NCBI GenBank assembly: GCA_013115125.1
Contig: JABANN010000159.1
Location: forward strand, 1-59,086
DNA: 59,086 nucleotides
Source: Perkinsus olseni
Lineage: Eukaryota
Reading direction: 5' to 3'
In this document: in pieces, positions 1-13,666 of the stretch
Numbering within the stretch: position 1 is the first letter of the stretch
Layout of the letters: every line of letters begins with the position of its first letter
Made by a program: the position numbers and the translations under genes
Notes under the pieces: generated by a model
What the model saw: the letters and a program-made list of their open reading frames with translations, nothing else
What the model was told of the DNA's origin: nothing
Database searches by the model: none

Positions 1-632
1 GTCTCTAGTTTGGTTGCTTGCATGGCGATCATGAGTATCCGAAACGGCTACGGTTTCAGTGAAAGATACGTTGGCGCGATCGCCATTGTCACTCACAGCA
101 AATATCTGTCGCTTTGGTCATGTGAATGACACAGTGTATGCGTTTAAGGAACGATCTGCGATTGGATTTTTGCTAAGTAGCTTGCTAGCTTCCACGGCCA
201 ACTCCGTCGACTGCGAACGGCAGGCGTATAGGCTGTCGGCGATGCTTATAAGCGACTACTGATAGCATTAATCGAAAACCAATTATGGCCTTGAGTCCTC
301 CGTCGAGTCGGCCGACATACATCTCGGCTATCGTGCAAATTCCCTTCGAAGTATGACTGTTGTAGTGTACAGCATTGTACGCAGTGCCCAGGAGAGGTTG
401 AGTGGTTTCTGCTGCGTATTCAGTCGCGGAATCACTCTCTCAGTAACGGTAGTGCATCTTTTGTTCGCCCACCGACATAAGAGAACAACGACGCCGGGAC
501 AATACTTCAGCAACAGTTTGTTGGAGTTGTCCCGCCGTTACAGAAGTGCGTCGAGAAATTTCAAGTGAGAGTGACCCACGCCCGCTTGAAATCAACTCAA
601 CCGTCCAACCAGAGAGGTGCCAATCGACCTAG

Positions 633-835
633 GTGGGCCACAACTGCTGCCTAGTGCGTCTCACTGCCCGACTGCTTCAACGCAACTAGAATGATACCGC
701 ACGTTGAAATAACCATAAAAACTAACATACTAACGACACTAGTGTGGCCTCAAAATATGAGAGGACGACGTCTAACAGAGTTATCGACTCAAACTGCAGC
801 AAATGACATCTAATTGGAGCCGCGCATCATCGCCA
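633..835. repeat. Direct repeat copy 1 of 2667-2869 (CDPK last codons plus 3' flank)
   Basis: 633-835 matches 2667-2869 at offset 2034 with one mismatch seen (ctgctgcc vs ctgccgcc). Diverged similarity extends to 511-632 vs ~2551-2666 and 184-217 vs 2490-2523. Confidence 0.95.
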
Positions 836-1289
836 CAAGCAAGTGACATCGCAGCATGGAAAACAGCGTCCGGTCACCCCTGTTGACGCGCGCACGCGAA
901 TAATGGATCGAGTTATTATTCTCAGCAGTGCCAGCCGATAAAAGCGAGCTGTTTAACCTGGGTTACTTGTAGTTTACAATTCCTATTAATCTTATCGTGT
1001 GGTGTTGGGCCAAGTCTGTGCTAAACACAGGCTCCTTCTGTCATCGGCTTTCCTTGGTGTCACGTTCGCACTCACGTGCAAATGGCTATGCCCATGCGTG
1101 CGAAGCCTGCAGCTTCCGAGACCTGCTTTGTATCAATGCGCTGTGCCAGACTACAGTGAAGTCCCTCGCGCCCGTGTACATTCTCATGTCATAGATCGCG
1201 CTGGAGAATCCCCCGGTTCTCGTGTTTCGTTAGGGGTCGGTATCTCTGCCATCGCTTCCTGGCATGAGGCTCCTGCTACTTCTTTGCGA

Positions 1290-1673
1290 ATGACTATCCT
1301 GGAGGTGTCCCTGCTTCTGGTCCTCCTAGCCGTCTCAGTCGCTGGCCAAGCGAGCAAGTTGTACTATTACTCTGGTTCTGAGCTCGCAGTCGAGTGCGCT
1401 CTAGATATCGACAAGTGGGTGTACATGAGGGTGGATTGCGGAAGGATGCCTGTCGGCAGGCTTTTGTCTATCTCGGAGACCCCAGACTCCCACCGCTACC
1501 CTTATGGAAAATGTTCCGTCGACCCATCGGGAGATAACCTCACCGATGTAATTTTCGGGCTTCACCGCTGTGGTATAGAGGTGCTTCCGTACGACTTGGT
1601 GTATCTTACAACAGGAGATCATAACGCGTCTCTCGACCTCGGAAAAACGAGGCTAAGTCTCACTCAGGTGTAA
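1290..1673 (+). CDS. Hypothetical secreted protein (~127 aa; may splice at the 3' end)
   Basis: ATG 1290 starts a signal-peptide-like MTILEVSLLLVLLAVSVAG, followed by an open frame with 4 Cys. No recognised domain. Confidence 0.6.
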   Translation: MTILEVSLLLVLLAVSVAGQASKLYYYSGSELAVECALDIDKWVYMRVDCGRMPVGRLLSISETPDSHRYPYGKCSVDPSGDNLTDVIFGLHRCGIEVLPYDLVYLTTGDHNASLDLGKTRLSLTQV

Positions 1674-2666
1674 GTAGATTCAGCTACGTTTAAGGTGGTG
1701 GATGGAATACTCTGGATACGTTGTGAAGGTGGCGCGTGACTCATCAACCTCTCTTCTTGCAGTATATCATTGGTCGGGGCTCCCAGCGTGAACACCCAAC
1801 CTCATGCCTCCATCCATTATTCATACTCTTACCGCAGTGGGACGAGCTTGTTATTATTTGTGAAGTGATGGTATCGCCAAATTTGAGTACTGCACCGCGT
1901 CTGTCACATAATGTGCCTCAGTTCTGCTATCATTCTTCCCGGGCCACCCGGCTGCACTCATCATCCTCGATGTTCCGCCAGGGCTTTAGCGAGAACTTGC
2001 TCGTGCCGTGGCTGGTACTGGCTTATGTTGGTATGTTATCATGTCGTGAAGCACGCAGACGACGTGAACATCGGGAGGAACAGCTCCTGGGGCTTCTATC
2101 CGCACTTACTGTTAGCGTCGCTATCGAGCCCAGCCATCTCAATGAATGCGACCCTGAACCCGATTAGAGCTGCGAGATTGGTGCGCGTTGCAGACAGCAT
2201 GTGGCTCTGCTGTTGTTTATGGCTTCAGTAACTTATTGCTTTTTGCTCACATTTGGCAGTCGAGCCTCTTGAGAAGGACAAAGTTTCTTCACCGTGCGTC
2301 GTTGCGCTCTCTCGAGTGTCTCTGTACAAGAGTGTAGGACTCATGCCATCAGAGTGTATACACCCGACAACCCTTCTAGCGTAGAGAGTTCAAAGGGTAA
2401 CAAGACACACAGTGGCCACTTAACAAAACCCCAACCCCCGGGTAGAAGCCTGGCATTACTGCAGCGTTTGAATCATTGCGAATTGGCGTGTTAGCTTCCA
2501 CGGTCAACTCCGTCGACTGTGAAGTACATATCGAACGGTACAATTGACAATAGCAGATTGTAGGAGTTGTGTCACTGTTGCAGAAGTGCATCACGTGATT
2601 TCGAGTGAGAGTGACTCATTTCCAATAAACTCAACCGTCCAGCCAGAGAGATGTCACTCGACTTAC

Positions 2667-2843
2667 GTGGGCCACAACTGCCGCCTAGTGCGTCTCACTG
2701 CCCGACTGCTTCAACGCAACTAGAATGATACCGCACGTTGAAATAACCATAAAAACTAACATACTAACGACACTAGTGTGGCCTCAAAATATGAGAGGAC
2801 GACGTCTAACAGAGTTATCGACTCAAACTGCAGCAAATGACAT

Positions 2844-2869
<26 letters not shown>
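2667..2869. repeat. Direct repeat copy 2, overlapping the CDPK stop codon and 3' flank
   Basis: Near-identical to 633-835. Confidence 0.95.
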
Positions 2870-4824
<1,955 letters not shown>

Positions 4825-5035
4825 GGCGAAGACACGACAGAGGACCAAGGCTGACGAATGTAGCTCCCGAACTCCCGACTATTAGAATAACGAAAGGAGT
4901 GGTATGAAGACAAGAGACTACTATTTGACTAGGGTACCAAGGAACAAGCGGACCATTAACCACCGCCCCACTACGACTATCATATACTACTTCTCGTAAT
5001 CAGTAATAATATCACCACAGATACTACAGCTGCAC

Positions 5036-7616
5036 CTACTTATTGACGCGTTTCTTCATAGCAATCAGGTCTCGAGACTTCCTCCTCTTAGTATTCACCC
5101 TCGACGACTTGTGTGCCTTCTTGGTAGTCTCGGCGACCTGCCCGGCCGTCCAAACTACGGAGGATCCGTCCGTTTTAGTAATGGTGACCTTGGGGTCGAC
5201 CTCCCCCTCCCCCTGACTTAATTCAAACTCACACTCCTTCGCTTCAGGCAGCTTCTTCTTGAGCAGATCAGCAATGGCCTTGTGCAACAGCGAGCCTTTG
5301 GTGACAGGACCCTGCGTAGATTTCAGAGCGTCAACTGCCTCTTTATACACCTTCTCGTCACGATGCACATGAGGCTTCTCGGCTGCTGCTTCCACCGGCG
5401 CAGATGCCTCTCGCTTTCGCTTCGTCAGCTTAGCCTTGGCAGAAGGAGCCCGCTTCGGTTCCTCTGGAGAGACATCAGGCGTCCAACCAGCATGCCTGTT
5501 AGGATCACCCCGGGCGTCCTTCATTTCCTGCGCCACCGAATGTTTCTGTGGCTTCTCCACCTTTTTAAGATCACACTTCTTGCCATCGATCGTGAGGGAG
5601 CGACCGGTCACCCACGAAGACCTGCGGGACTTCGCCGCCCGCGCATTGAGGAAGGCGAACTCGCTCTTCTTCGGCCAAAAAAGCTCGATCAACTGAGACT
5701 TGTCGCCGCCAGCATCAGTGATGGCCTTCTGCAAAGCCTCGAAGAGAGTCTGAGGCGTGTAACCCTTGAGCGACTTGACAGTCACGGAAAGGACAGTGCC
5801 GACCATAGGCGTCGTAGATTTCCGAGAGGACTTCTCAGAAGGGACCGGAGAGCTGACGCCCGCCTTGCCTTGCTCCTCCTCGGACTCGTCCGAGATTTGC
5901 TCGGCAGGAGTGGTCATGGCGTCTGACTTCTGCGCTGAAGGCCGATCAACAGCCTTCAAGGATTCAGGCTTCTGAGGAGAGGTAGCGGCTGCAGGGGCCT
6001 CGTCCTTCTTCTCTTCCTCTCCGCCGAAAGCCGGGATATCAAAACCGAAGTCCTCAGAGCTCACCGATTCCGCCTTGCCCGTACGGCCGCCATCAGTGGC
6101 CGGGGCACTTGAGTCCGGTACCTGCAAGAGTACTTATCACCACAATAAGCATCGTCACACGATTCACCTTGGTCTCCGCCGAGCTTCTTCTCGCCTTCTT
6201 GGGCGTACTCAGCTTGTCCTTCTTAGCCGCACTAACCTTGGGTTCGGGTACGGCCACCACCGGCGGGGCCTCCGTTTCTACAGCTGCCTTCTTCTTGGGA
6301 GACTTCTTGCGTTTCTTAGCGGGTGGCTCTTCCTCCTCCACGATCTTCTTAGCTGCTTCAACAGGTTTAACATCAGCCACAGGCTCAGCGGTCGCCTTCT
6401 TGGCTGCGGCCTCGAACAAGAACTCCTCGTCAGAGTCGGAAGAATCGCTGCTGTCTTCATTCAGCAACCACCGTTTGCTCTCCTCAACCGGTTTCCGAGG
6501 GGAACTCTCCGTGACAGCCAACACGCCCGGCGTCTTCTCCACTTCCACTGACTGAGCAGGCTCAACCACAGAAGTCTTTGTCAAGGAAACCTCCTTAGGT
6601 GATGCCTTCTTAGGAGAGACCGCCTTAATAGCCTCGGCTGCTACCTGTTGAGCAGTGGGGTACTCGACCACCTCAGTTGGGGCCACATCAGATGCCTGGT
6701 CTTCCATCTCAACATCATCACCATCAGCAACAGGGCTATCACCATCATCGCCGAAATTAGGAATAGTAAACACATAATCATCCTCACCTCCCGAGGACGA
6801 GGAGGAAGAGTCGTCGTCCTCTTCGGCTGCCGGGGTTGATTGAGGCGCCACCGGGGCCTCGACAGGCTTCAATTCGCTCGTTCGCTCAACAACAGGTGGG
6901 TGACTCGCGGGAGGAGCACTCGTAGGAGCTACAGTCTTCGACACAGGAGCGCTAGCGGCCTCACCCTGCGAGGCTTCAGCAGCACGCAAGATGCCCAAGA
7001 CACTGTCATCGGCTGGAGGGACCTCCTTTCGGGGAGTGCTCACCTTAGGTGCGCTAGTCTCCTTTCGGGGAGTGTTCACCTTAGGTGCGCTAGTCTCCTT
7101 TCGGGGAGTGTTCACCTTAGGTGCGTTAGTCTCCTTTCGGGGAGTGTTCACCTTAGGTGCGCTAGCCTCCTTTCGGGGTGTAGGCTTCTTGGAAGATGAT
7201 GCAGCCCTCTCCTTGACACTAGCGGCCTTGTCCACGGCCGAGGCACCCGTCTTCTTCGGCTGTGCCGTCTTACTCTTAGCGGCGTCGTCGTTCTTCACGG
7301 CATCATTCAGAGGCGTAACAGCGGGCTGCTGCTGCGGACCCGGAATGGAGTACGTATAGTTCTTAGCTCGCAGTGGGACAATCCTCTCATCAGGATAGTA
7401 GCCAGCATTGATGTCCCGCGGCTTGGCATCCCTTCGGACCTCGCCAACACCAAGCTTGGGGCCTTTCTTGGTGACACCAGTCATGGTTTGGCAACCGTTG
7501 TCAACTAGGAGGGGCCCAAGCCCCGTCAGAGAGCCGTTCACCCAGGCCGCTGGAGTCTGGCAGGCCAGGCTGCTACTACAATCGGAAGATGCCGAGGGGA
7601 GGCGCTCATCCGACAT
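5036..7616 (-). CDS. Low-complexity Lys/Ala/Pro/Glu-rich protein with TPRK/SPKK repeats and an RRM-like segment (probably nuclear/nucleolar)
   Basis: ORFs 6093-7616 and 5036-6127 join in frame through a 46-nt GT-AG intron at 6122-6167 (ETK|VPD). Alternative start at 7484. Basic C-terminal NLS-like tail. Confidence 0.8.
7023..7181 (-). repeat. Coding tandem repeat, 36-bp unit, ~4.4 copies (KVNTPRKETSAP)
   Basis: ctcctttcgggg recurs at 7023, 7059, 7095, 7131 and 7167. Confidence 0.95.
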
Positions 7617-7903
7617 CGTGAGAACGGCGGAAATGAGCTGAAAAGCGGACTCAAATTTATGCTACTTTGCCGTGGACAACCGAAAGGAACTCCTGTGCAG
7701 GCCTTCTCCGTACAGCGGGCAAATACGACTGTTTAGAGCAACTGGACTTAAGAGAGTCAAGACAAGTCGTCGCATACCGTCACGCCGAACGTTGAGGAAA
7801 AGGTAAGATTCGCAAGATGACCAAGTTGGCGTGACTTGTTGCTGTTGGCGTGTTTGCGTTGTTACGCTACCCCTCGCTCAGCAGGTCTGCAGTTATCCAC
7901 CTC

Positions 7904-8398
7904 ATGGCCCTGCAGGCGGTACGCAGTCAAGTAGAAGCTGCAGTCTATAAGTGGACAAGACCGAGGCCCCCACGTCTAGGGGTGGCGGTCCCACGCTCAG
8001 TAGGCGGGCTAGGAGACCGTTCCCGCTTCGACAGAGCTTCCCTCGACCTCCATAATACCACTCCTTCACTGCATCTCATCCCTCATTGCGTCATCATCGT
8101 GTTTTGCTCTTCTCTCAGCCCCCCGGGACCGGTGTCCTCTTCCATACCAACATGCAGACTATCCGCTATTCGCTCAGTCCCAAGGTGTGGGTGCTGGTCA
8201 CCGGCGCTGGCGTCGTCGGGGTCCTCACTGGTCAGCGTTTTGCCCTCAACGTCCTGCTCAGCAAGAACCCTCCCAACGTAAGCGTGTCTTTTCCCGCTGC
8301 GAGTGTCCACCCCGACGTCCTTGCAGCCCCCTCGTTACCGTGAGAAGCCGCCAGTGAGGCATCCCCATACCCCAGATGAAGACGAGGATGAGGACTAG
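7904..8398 (+). CDS. Small single-TM protein (81 aa from ATG 7904, or 65 aa from ATG 8152)
   Basis: Exons 7904-7918, 8119-8277, 8327-8398 with GT-AG introns give MALQAPPGTGVLFHTNMQTIRYSLSPKVWVLVTGAGVVGVLTGQRFALNVLLSKNPPNPPRYREKPPVRHPHTPDEDEDED*. Confidence 0.7.
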
Positions 8399-8863
8399 GT
8401 CGACTCAGCCACTTATCAGCCATTAACCACCGCTTCGCTTTTGCTAGGCCTCCCGTCATCTTCTGCTACTACTCGTACATCAGTCGACGGAGCGCTGTAC
8501 ACGCTTCTACTCGACTGTCTTTGATGACCGCGAAGATACCATTGGAACATGAGCCTTTGTTGATTGGAAGATAGTAGCTTAATAGGCATTGTTTTTGCAC
8601 TGCGTGGCTTGCGTTTAATGGTATCCCTGAGGAGCTCATTGCTGCAGCGTCGTCATTACCGCATCCAAAATTTCGTCCACTTTCATCACCTCCGTCGTCT
8701 CCCACCATGTTTCGCTCCTCCAGCTGGCTCTCCAATTCAACTGCAACTGCTTCTGAGAATAGTAATACCAGCAGCCTTCCGTTGTATTATCGTCATCATT
8801 CTCCTTGCAGGCTACAAAGCTCCCAGTTGTTGCGGTGGTCGGGATCGCACCCCGTCCGAGATC

Positions 8864-9306
8864 ATGGCCCGCAAATCCCGCACTGTCAGCTGGGCCAGCG
8901 ACTTGGACACGGTCATCAAGTGCCCATCTGGCGATCCTCCGCTTTTTGAAGGTCGAATGTGTCACAGCGGCCTTGCTCGTTGATGGGAGTCCGATGTCAG
9001 GCCTTTTGTGGAAGGAAAGTTTGCATTTGAAGCGCTGGAGTCTTCGTTGGTGTGTCATACCTGCGGATAAGGCGGCGATACTCTGCTACGTTCGGAAGGG
9101 TGATCGGAATCCTTCTGAGGTTAGCAGCAATAATCATACCACACCTTCAGTAACTCGTGTCTTGCTAGATCCTCGAGTTAAATAGGAATATGAAGGTCAC
9201 AGCATTTGCGGACTCCGAGAGCTGGGCAGTGGAGATAGGCAATCGTGCACTGTGTTATGATTCTCAGTGTAACACGCCCGGTGGGTGCCATCATGTATCA
9301 ACGTAA
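8864..9306 (+). CDS. PH-domain protein fragment (possibly truncated or a pseudogene)
   Basis: Three exons give PLFEGLLWKESLHLKRWSLRWCVI...ILCYV...PSEILEL, matching PH strands beta1-beta4. No C-terminal Trp helix found. A possible donor at 9303 leaves the 3' end unresolved. Confidence 0.5.
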
Positions 9307-11500
9307 GTCACCAGTCCGTCATCGTTATCTTTATCGTTCTTGTTTCTGTCCAGTTTTATGCGCGCTGTTGGAGCCGCTGTCGGTGATAATGGAATTGGGA
9401 TTGATCATAATATTGATGTGGACTACCCTTGTTTTACTCGCACCACAAGCATCGAGAAGTTGCCGAAGAAGCCGTCTCTTGTTCGTCGTTGTGAACGTCA
9501 TCGCTACTTTTATTGAGGAGGGCGTTCTCTGTTATGTCGAGGAGTATCTTCATTATCTACTCAAACGACTGCGGCTTGCTCAGAAATTGTTGTTGGCGAA
9601 GTCGGTATTGTCGTCGTCGTCATTGCTGTTGATGGTACTACTACTACTACTATCACTACTCATATTATGGAGGGGTATACTAGTTGGTAAAGTAGTAAAG
9701 CGTCTTCTTCTCTATTATTACAACAAGTGCTACCATCCAGTCTAGCCTGTATCATTCCTTGCACTACCACTGCGTCCAATCATAGCGGCAGCGGCGGCGG
9801 TGATCATCACCATTCACACCGCTATCAGGGATCATTAGCATGCCGAGGTTGCCGCCGTTACTACTGCTACTGCAGTGGGAGTGCTACATCATCATCATCA
9901 CCTTCACGTTATGGACGGCTGCTCCGTCTCTCTCTGTACTACCCTAGAATTCTTGGCCGTTATTGTTATCAGTCTTGCTGGTCTCTATCTCTTATTTACT
10001 GCATCCCGAGGCTGTACCCTCTCGGAGCCCTCTCACTGCTGCTGCCTTTTCTGTCGCCATACCAACTTTCCGTGGCATCCTCCATGAGAGGTATAATTCT
10101 CCTCTCATCATAATGAGGGTGCCATGGCTGCCACCACTCGATAGCACTGACAATACTGCCGCTGAACACAAGTCCTTGCCCTCCTTATTGTTACGGTCTA
10201 TCGGCTGCCTTGTCCTTCGTCAAGATTTTGCAGCAGCAGCAGCAGCAGAAGTAGCTCTCTCTCCCACGGGACGCTCACATGTTAGAAGTCCTCTTATTCA
10301 GCGTCTTACTTGTACCATAACTTCGGTTTTTCGCGCCCCTCGGGCCCGGCTGCCGCTGCTGGCTGTCTGGAATCTCATGCTTCTGCTAATACACAGTCAG
10401 CTGCCGCCCTGCCGTCCCCGTCACTTCAACGCGTCGAATCTACTAGTACTTTAGACCAGTCTTAGATGGTCTACCATCTAGTATCATCTTCTACAGTGAC
10501 TAGAATGTCGCTTGTGGAAGGAGTTGTGAGAAGAGCAAAGCACTGCTGGGATGATGCTGAAAACAACGGTCGCACGACAACGTTGACCTGCGAAGTGTTA
10601 ACGCAGTATTAAATCTGCGTCATGATCTGGATGATTTAATTGAGGATTTCAGGACGAACGGTGAGCAGCCTCATCTCATGGTCATGATCGTCGTTACTCA
10701 TCCTCCTCTTCGTCCTCTCAGGATTTGTAACCTGTCGATGATCGTTTTTGAGAGCCCGAGTCTGCTGTTTGGTCTGCGACCGATCGCTGTTTGGTCAATG
10801 CGGACTTACTACTAATTGAGCCGTCGCTCACTCGATCTTCGCCCATCCGCCGTCGTTCACCGTTTTATACTTGAAGATGATGTAACCACTGCTGTTCATT
10901 ACTCTGTACTATTATCACTACCACCACTACATTATGTCCAACTACTATTATTACAACTGCACTCTTTTTCTACTACTACTAGCAGCCTGCATTAATCTAC
11001 TGCAGTCTCCTGAACGCTTATGCAGCCTTGAGCGGCGCTGCTGCTGCCGTGTTGCTGCCGAACCGCGCCTGTCGAAATGCCGTCGGAGAATGTTCTGATG
11101 AATGTTTCAATGGACTACTATCATCATGGCAAGAATATCTTAGCTCGAAGCTGTACTGTTTTATATATGGCATTATCTACTCCGTCGTAACTACTTCTAC
11201 ATCACCAGTTTCAGCGGTACGCGCAAGTTCTCTATCGTCCGATATCTTCAGCCTATTTAACAAGCAGCTGGATTTTGTGGATTATCGGAGGCGATCTGAG
11301 GAATCTACACAGACTTAGACTTGCCTACGCGTCTCTGCAACAACTAAATCTTGTGTTTGCCAGTCACTTCACTACCGCTACCGACAGCTCAGTGAGTTAC
11401 GTTGTTTACGCTCGTTGTTTAACACCGAGCGGCGAGGATATGCTCGGCATCACCCCAGTAGAGAATTCACCTCGCACAGTATCTCAGTAGTAACGGTTAT
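9250..11500. pseudogene. Degenerate low-complexity island with coding-like triplet runs and many stops
   Basis: (CTA)n, (TCA)n, (GCA)n and (TCG)n runs. The ORF track lists no minus-strand ORF here, although Ser/Asp/Gln-like stretches are readable between stops. Boundaries are approximate. Confidence 0.4.
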
Positions 11501-11546
11501 ACTTGTCTGGGACTTAGCTTAACGCTATAAGCTCAGGTCAGAAACA

Positions 11547-13191
11547 TCAACTCTTTCTCTTTTTCTTGCATGTAATATCCTCGTCGTCACTATCACCCGC
11601 TACACTGCCGATTTCTAGTCGTTGTTCAACATCGTAGTCGGTATTATCATCGAAAGCCTCGAGGAGCTTCTCCTGGTCTTCAACTGTTGCTGTGACGCCC
11701 TTGGGGGACCGAAGCACGAAGTCCGGTGGTTCTGACCCTGACCAAAGCGTATCTTTCAACTTGTGATGGTACATACTGAACCCACCGTCCCAGAAATCTT
11801 GATACTGTGGGAAGTCCTCAGGACCCATCCAATCGTGAGGTCTCATGAGGAGGGCTTCTAGGTTCATCTGGCGGGCGTGAGGGAATGAGGCAACGCGATC
11901 ACCATGCTGCCTACCGTCTCCCTTCTTGTCTTCGTCATCAAGTGTATGACGATTGCGCCTAGCCTTGCAATCACCCAATCGTCCGCTTTGCGACCGTTCA
12001 TTGACGTCATCACTCCCGGTATCTGGAGATGAGATGCCTTTGAGGTTGAAAAGGGCAGGCTGTTACCTTAAGCTCGTCTACCGTCCGCGTACAGAGGGAG
12101 CCCAGCCGACGCCCGTGGCCACCAGACTGGACCGTAGCAATGATTGCCCACATACCCACGTCGCGGCGACCGACAAGATCGAGGTCAACGACGGTGATGT
12201 CCAGGGCCTAGCGGAATCGAGTGTACGAGATGCCGAGGGCGGCCTCCAAACCTGCTCGTCCTGCAGCAGCCGAGTGATCTGTTCGATGGTCGGCATCTCT
12301 CCTTCCTGACAGCGAGGGAACATACCCCATGATGGTCCATCGAGCCCAACGTACGGTGAACTGGATCGGCTCGTACTCTCCCTCCGGCAGGCTCTCTCGA
12401 CCAGAGTCTTTGTAGTTCCACATGTGTCCCTTCGGGGGTCGGACCACCGGGTCGCGGTAGAATCGCCAGGAGTCGACCACTCCGTCCTGATTTCAAATTG
12501 CTCGTTGCCCATGCCCCTTCATTACTGGATCCTCCTCTTCCTCCTGCTTAGCCTTGTCCATGTAATAGCTCGTAGCCCTCTCTAGGAGCCTCTCCTTATT
12601 CTCCAAGTAAAACCGCTGAGCTGGCGTGAGTTCCTCCTCCTCGTCGCTCAATGGCTCCGGATCGACGTCGTCCTCGCTTCCTGAGAGAGCACCTGGGCAG
12701 AGGAAGTCCTCAAGCCCCTTACCGGCGTCATCTTCATCTAGCACCATCTCCAGGTCGCCCTCTGCTGGGCCCGGCACTTGGCTGTCCAGTCTCGACTGGA
12801 GCTCCGCCCGGACGTCCTGAGCCGTCCGCTCGGATAGGGGCGCCTTCTTGGCGATCTCCCGCATCTCATCGTCATCGATGTCCAACACTTGCATGACCTC
12901 TGCGAACACAACGAATCGACTGTACCAAGATTGAGGCGGCCACCTACCTTCCTCAGCTGGGGACTCCTCACCGTCCGGCGGTCCCTCAGTTGCCACCCCA
13001 ACCCCCTCAGTGGCCATCTTCCGTCTGGCCACGTCCTGTAGTACAGCATCAAAGGTCTCCTTGCCGGTGGTAAAACACCTCCTGGTCCGCTGTCGTAAGG
13101 AGCTCGACGCTGGCGTGGTCGCGAGCCCCATCGCAGGCTGCAGACAGGCACGCGGATAGACCAGCATGCTCCGATGACTGAAGAGCCTCAT
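11547..13191 (-). CDS. RsfS/Iojap (MALSU1-like) ribosomal silencing/assembly factor domain protein, probably mitochondrial
   Basis: Spliced: LLQDEQALDITVVDL...AIIATVQSGGHGRRLG...DDWVIARLGAIVIHLMTKTRRETMNLEALL, which fits the RsfS pattern. Arg/Ser-rich presequence-like N-terminus MRLFSHRS...RRCF. Confidence 0.8.
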
Positions 13192-13666
13192 TGTAAACCA
13201 GAAGCTTCGCAGCACCTCCTGACTGGATCTAGTCCCACCTACTTCCCCCAGATTGACTAACTACAACGCGACAGAGGATGAGGCATGAGACGGCTGCTGG
13301 GCGGTGCAGGACTGCATCATCAGTAGTATCATCCACCCCCGGTGGTGGGCGGGCGGTGGGGGAGGAGGGGAAGCTGATAATCATCACTAAGCTCGAGTTG
13401 AATCCTATTCTTATACCATAACTTGCGCTACAAATACTCAATATCAGGGCACGAAGACCCGAGGAGGACTGCCCGGCAAGAACAGCGAAGGCGCTGCCAA
13501 ATAGAGAACGAAACAGAACCATACGTCAACGTGTACGGAGAAAAAATATATAGTTCTTGGGAAGGCTATGAAACTCTAATAGTGCTTGGGGAGGGGGGAG
13601 GGCGAAGACGCTGATTCCATCATCGCTACGACTAACACAGTATCATCATTGTCATAGTCACCATCT

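Noticed and set aside
30-54. Minus-strand ACCGTAGCCGTTTCGGATACTCATG, resembling the Perkinsus/dinoflagellate spliced leader (relict SL)
   Set aside because: Only the first 9 nt match exactly, which is expected by chance in ~118 kb of both strands; the rest needs mismatches and a gap.
999-1289. GTG-initiated N-terminal extension of the secreted ORF
   Set aside because: Eukaryotic context; the signal peptide begins at ATG 1290.
7023-7181. 36-bp repeats as a CRISPR array
   Set aside because: Head-to-tail with no unique spacers, in frame within a CDS, and no cas genes.
5282-7641. Multiple long plus-strand ORFs (similar ones at 14341-14826, 17191-18618, 29945-30547)
   Set aside because: Antisense shadows of GC-rich coding exons on the other strand, with no independent motifs.
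9250-11500. Stop-codon reassignment (TAA/TAG read as Gln) to explain the island
   Set aside because: Conserved genes in the window end at TAG/TAA (CDPK, NOT1, POLD1, SelT) and have no in-frame TAR; the island also needs frameshifts.
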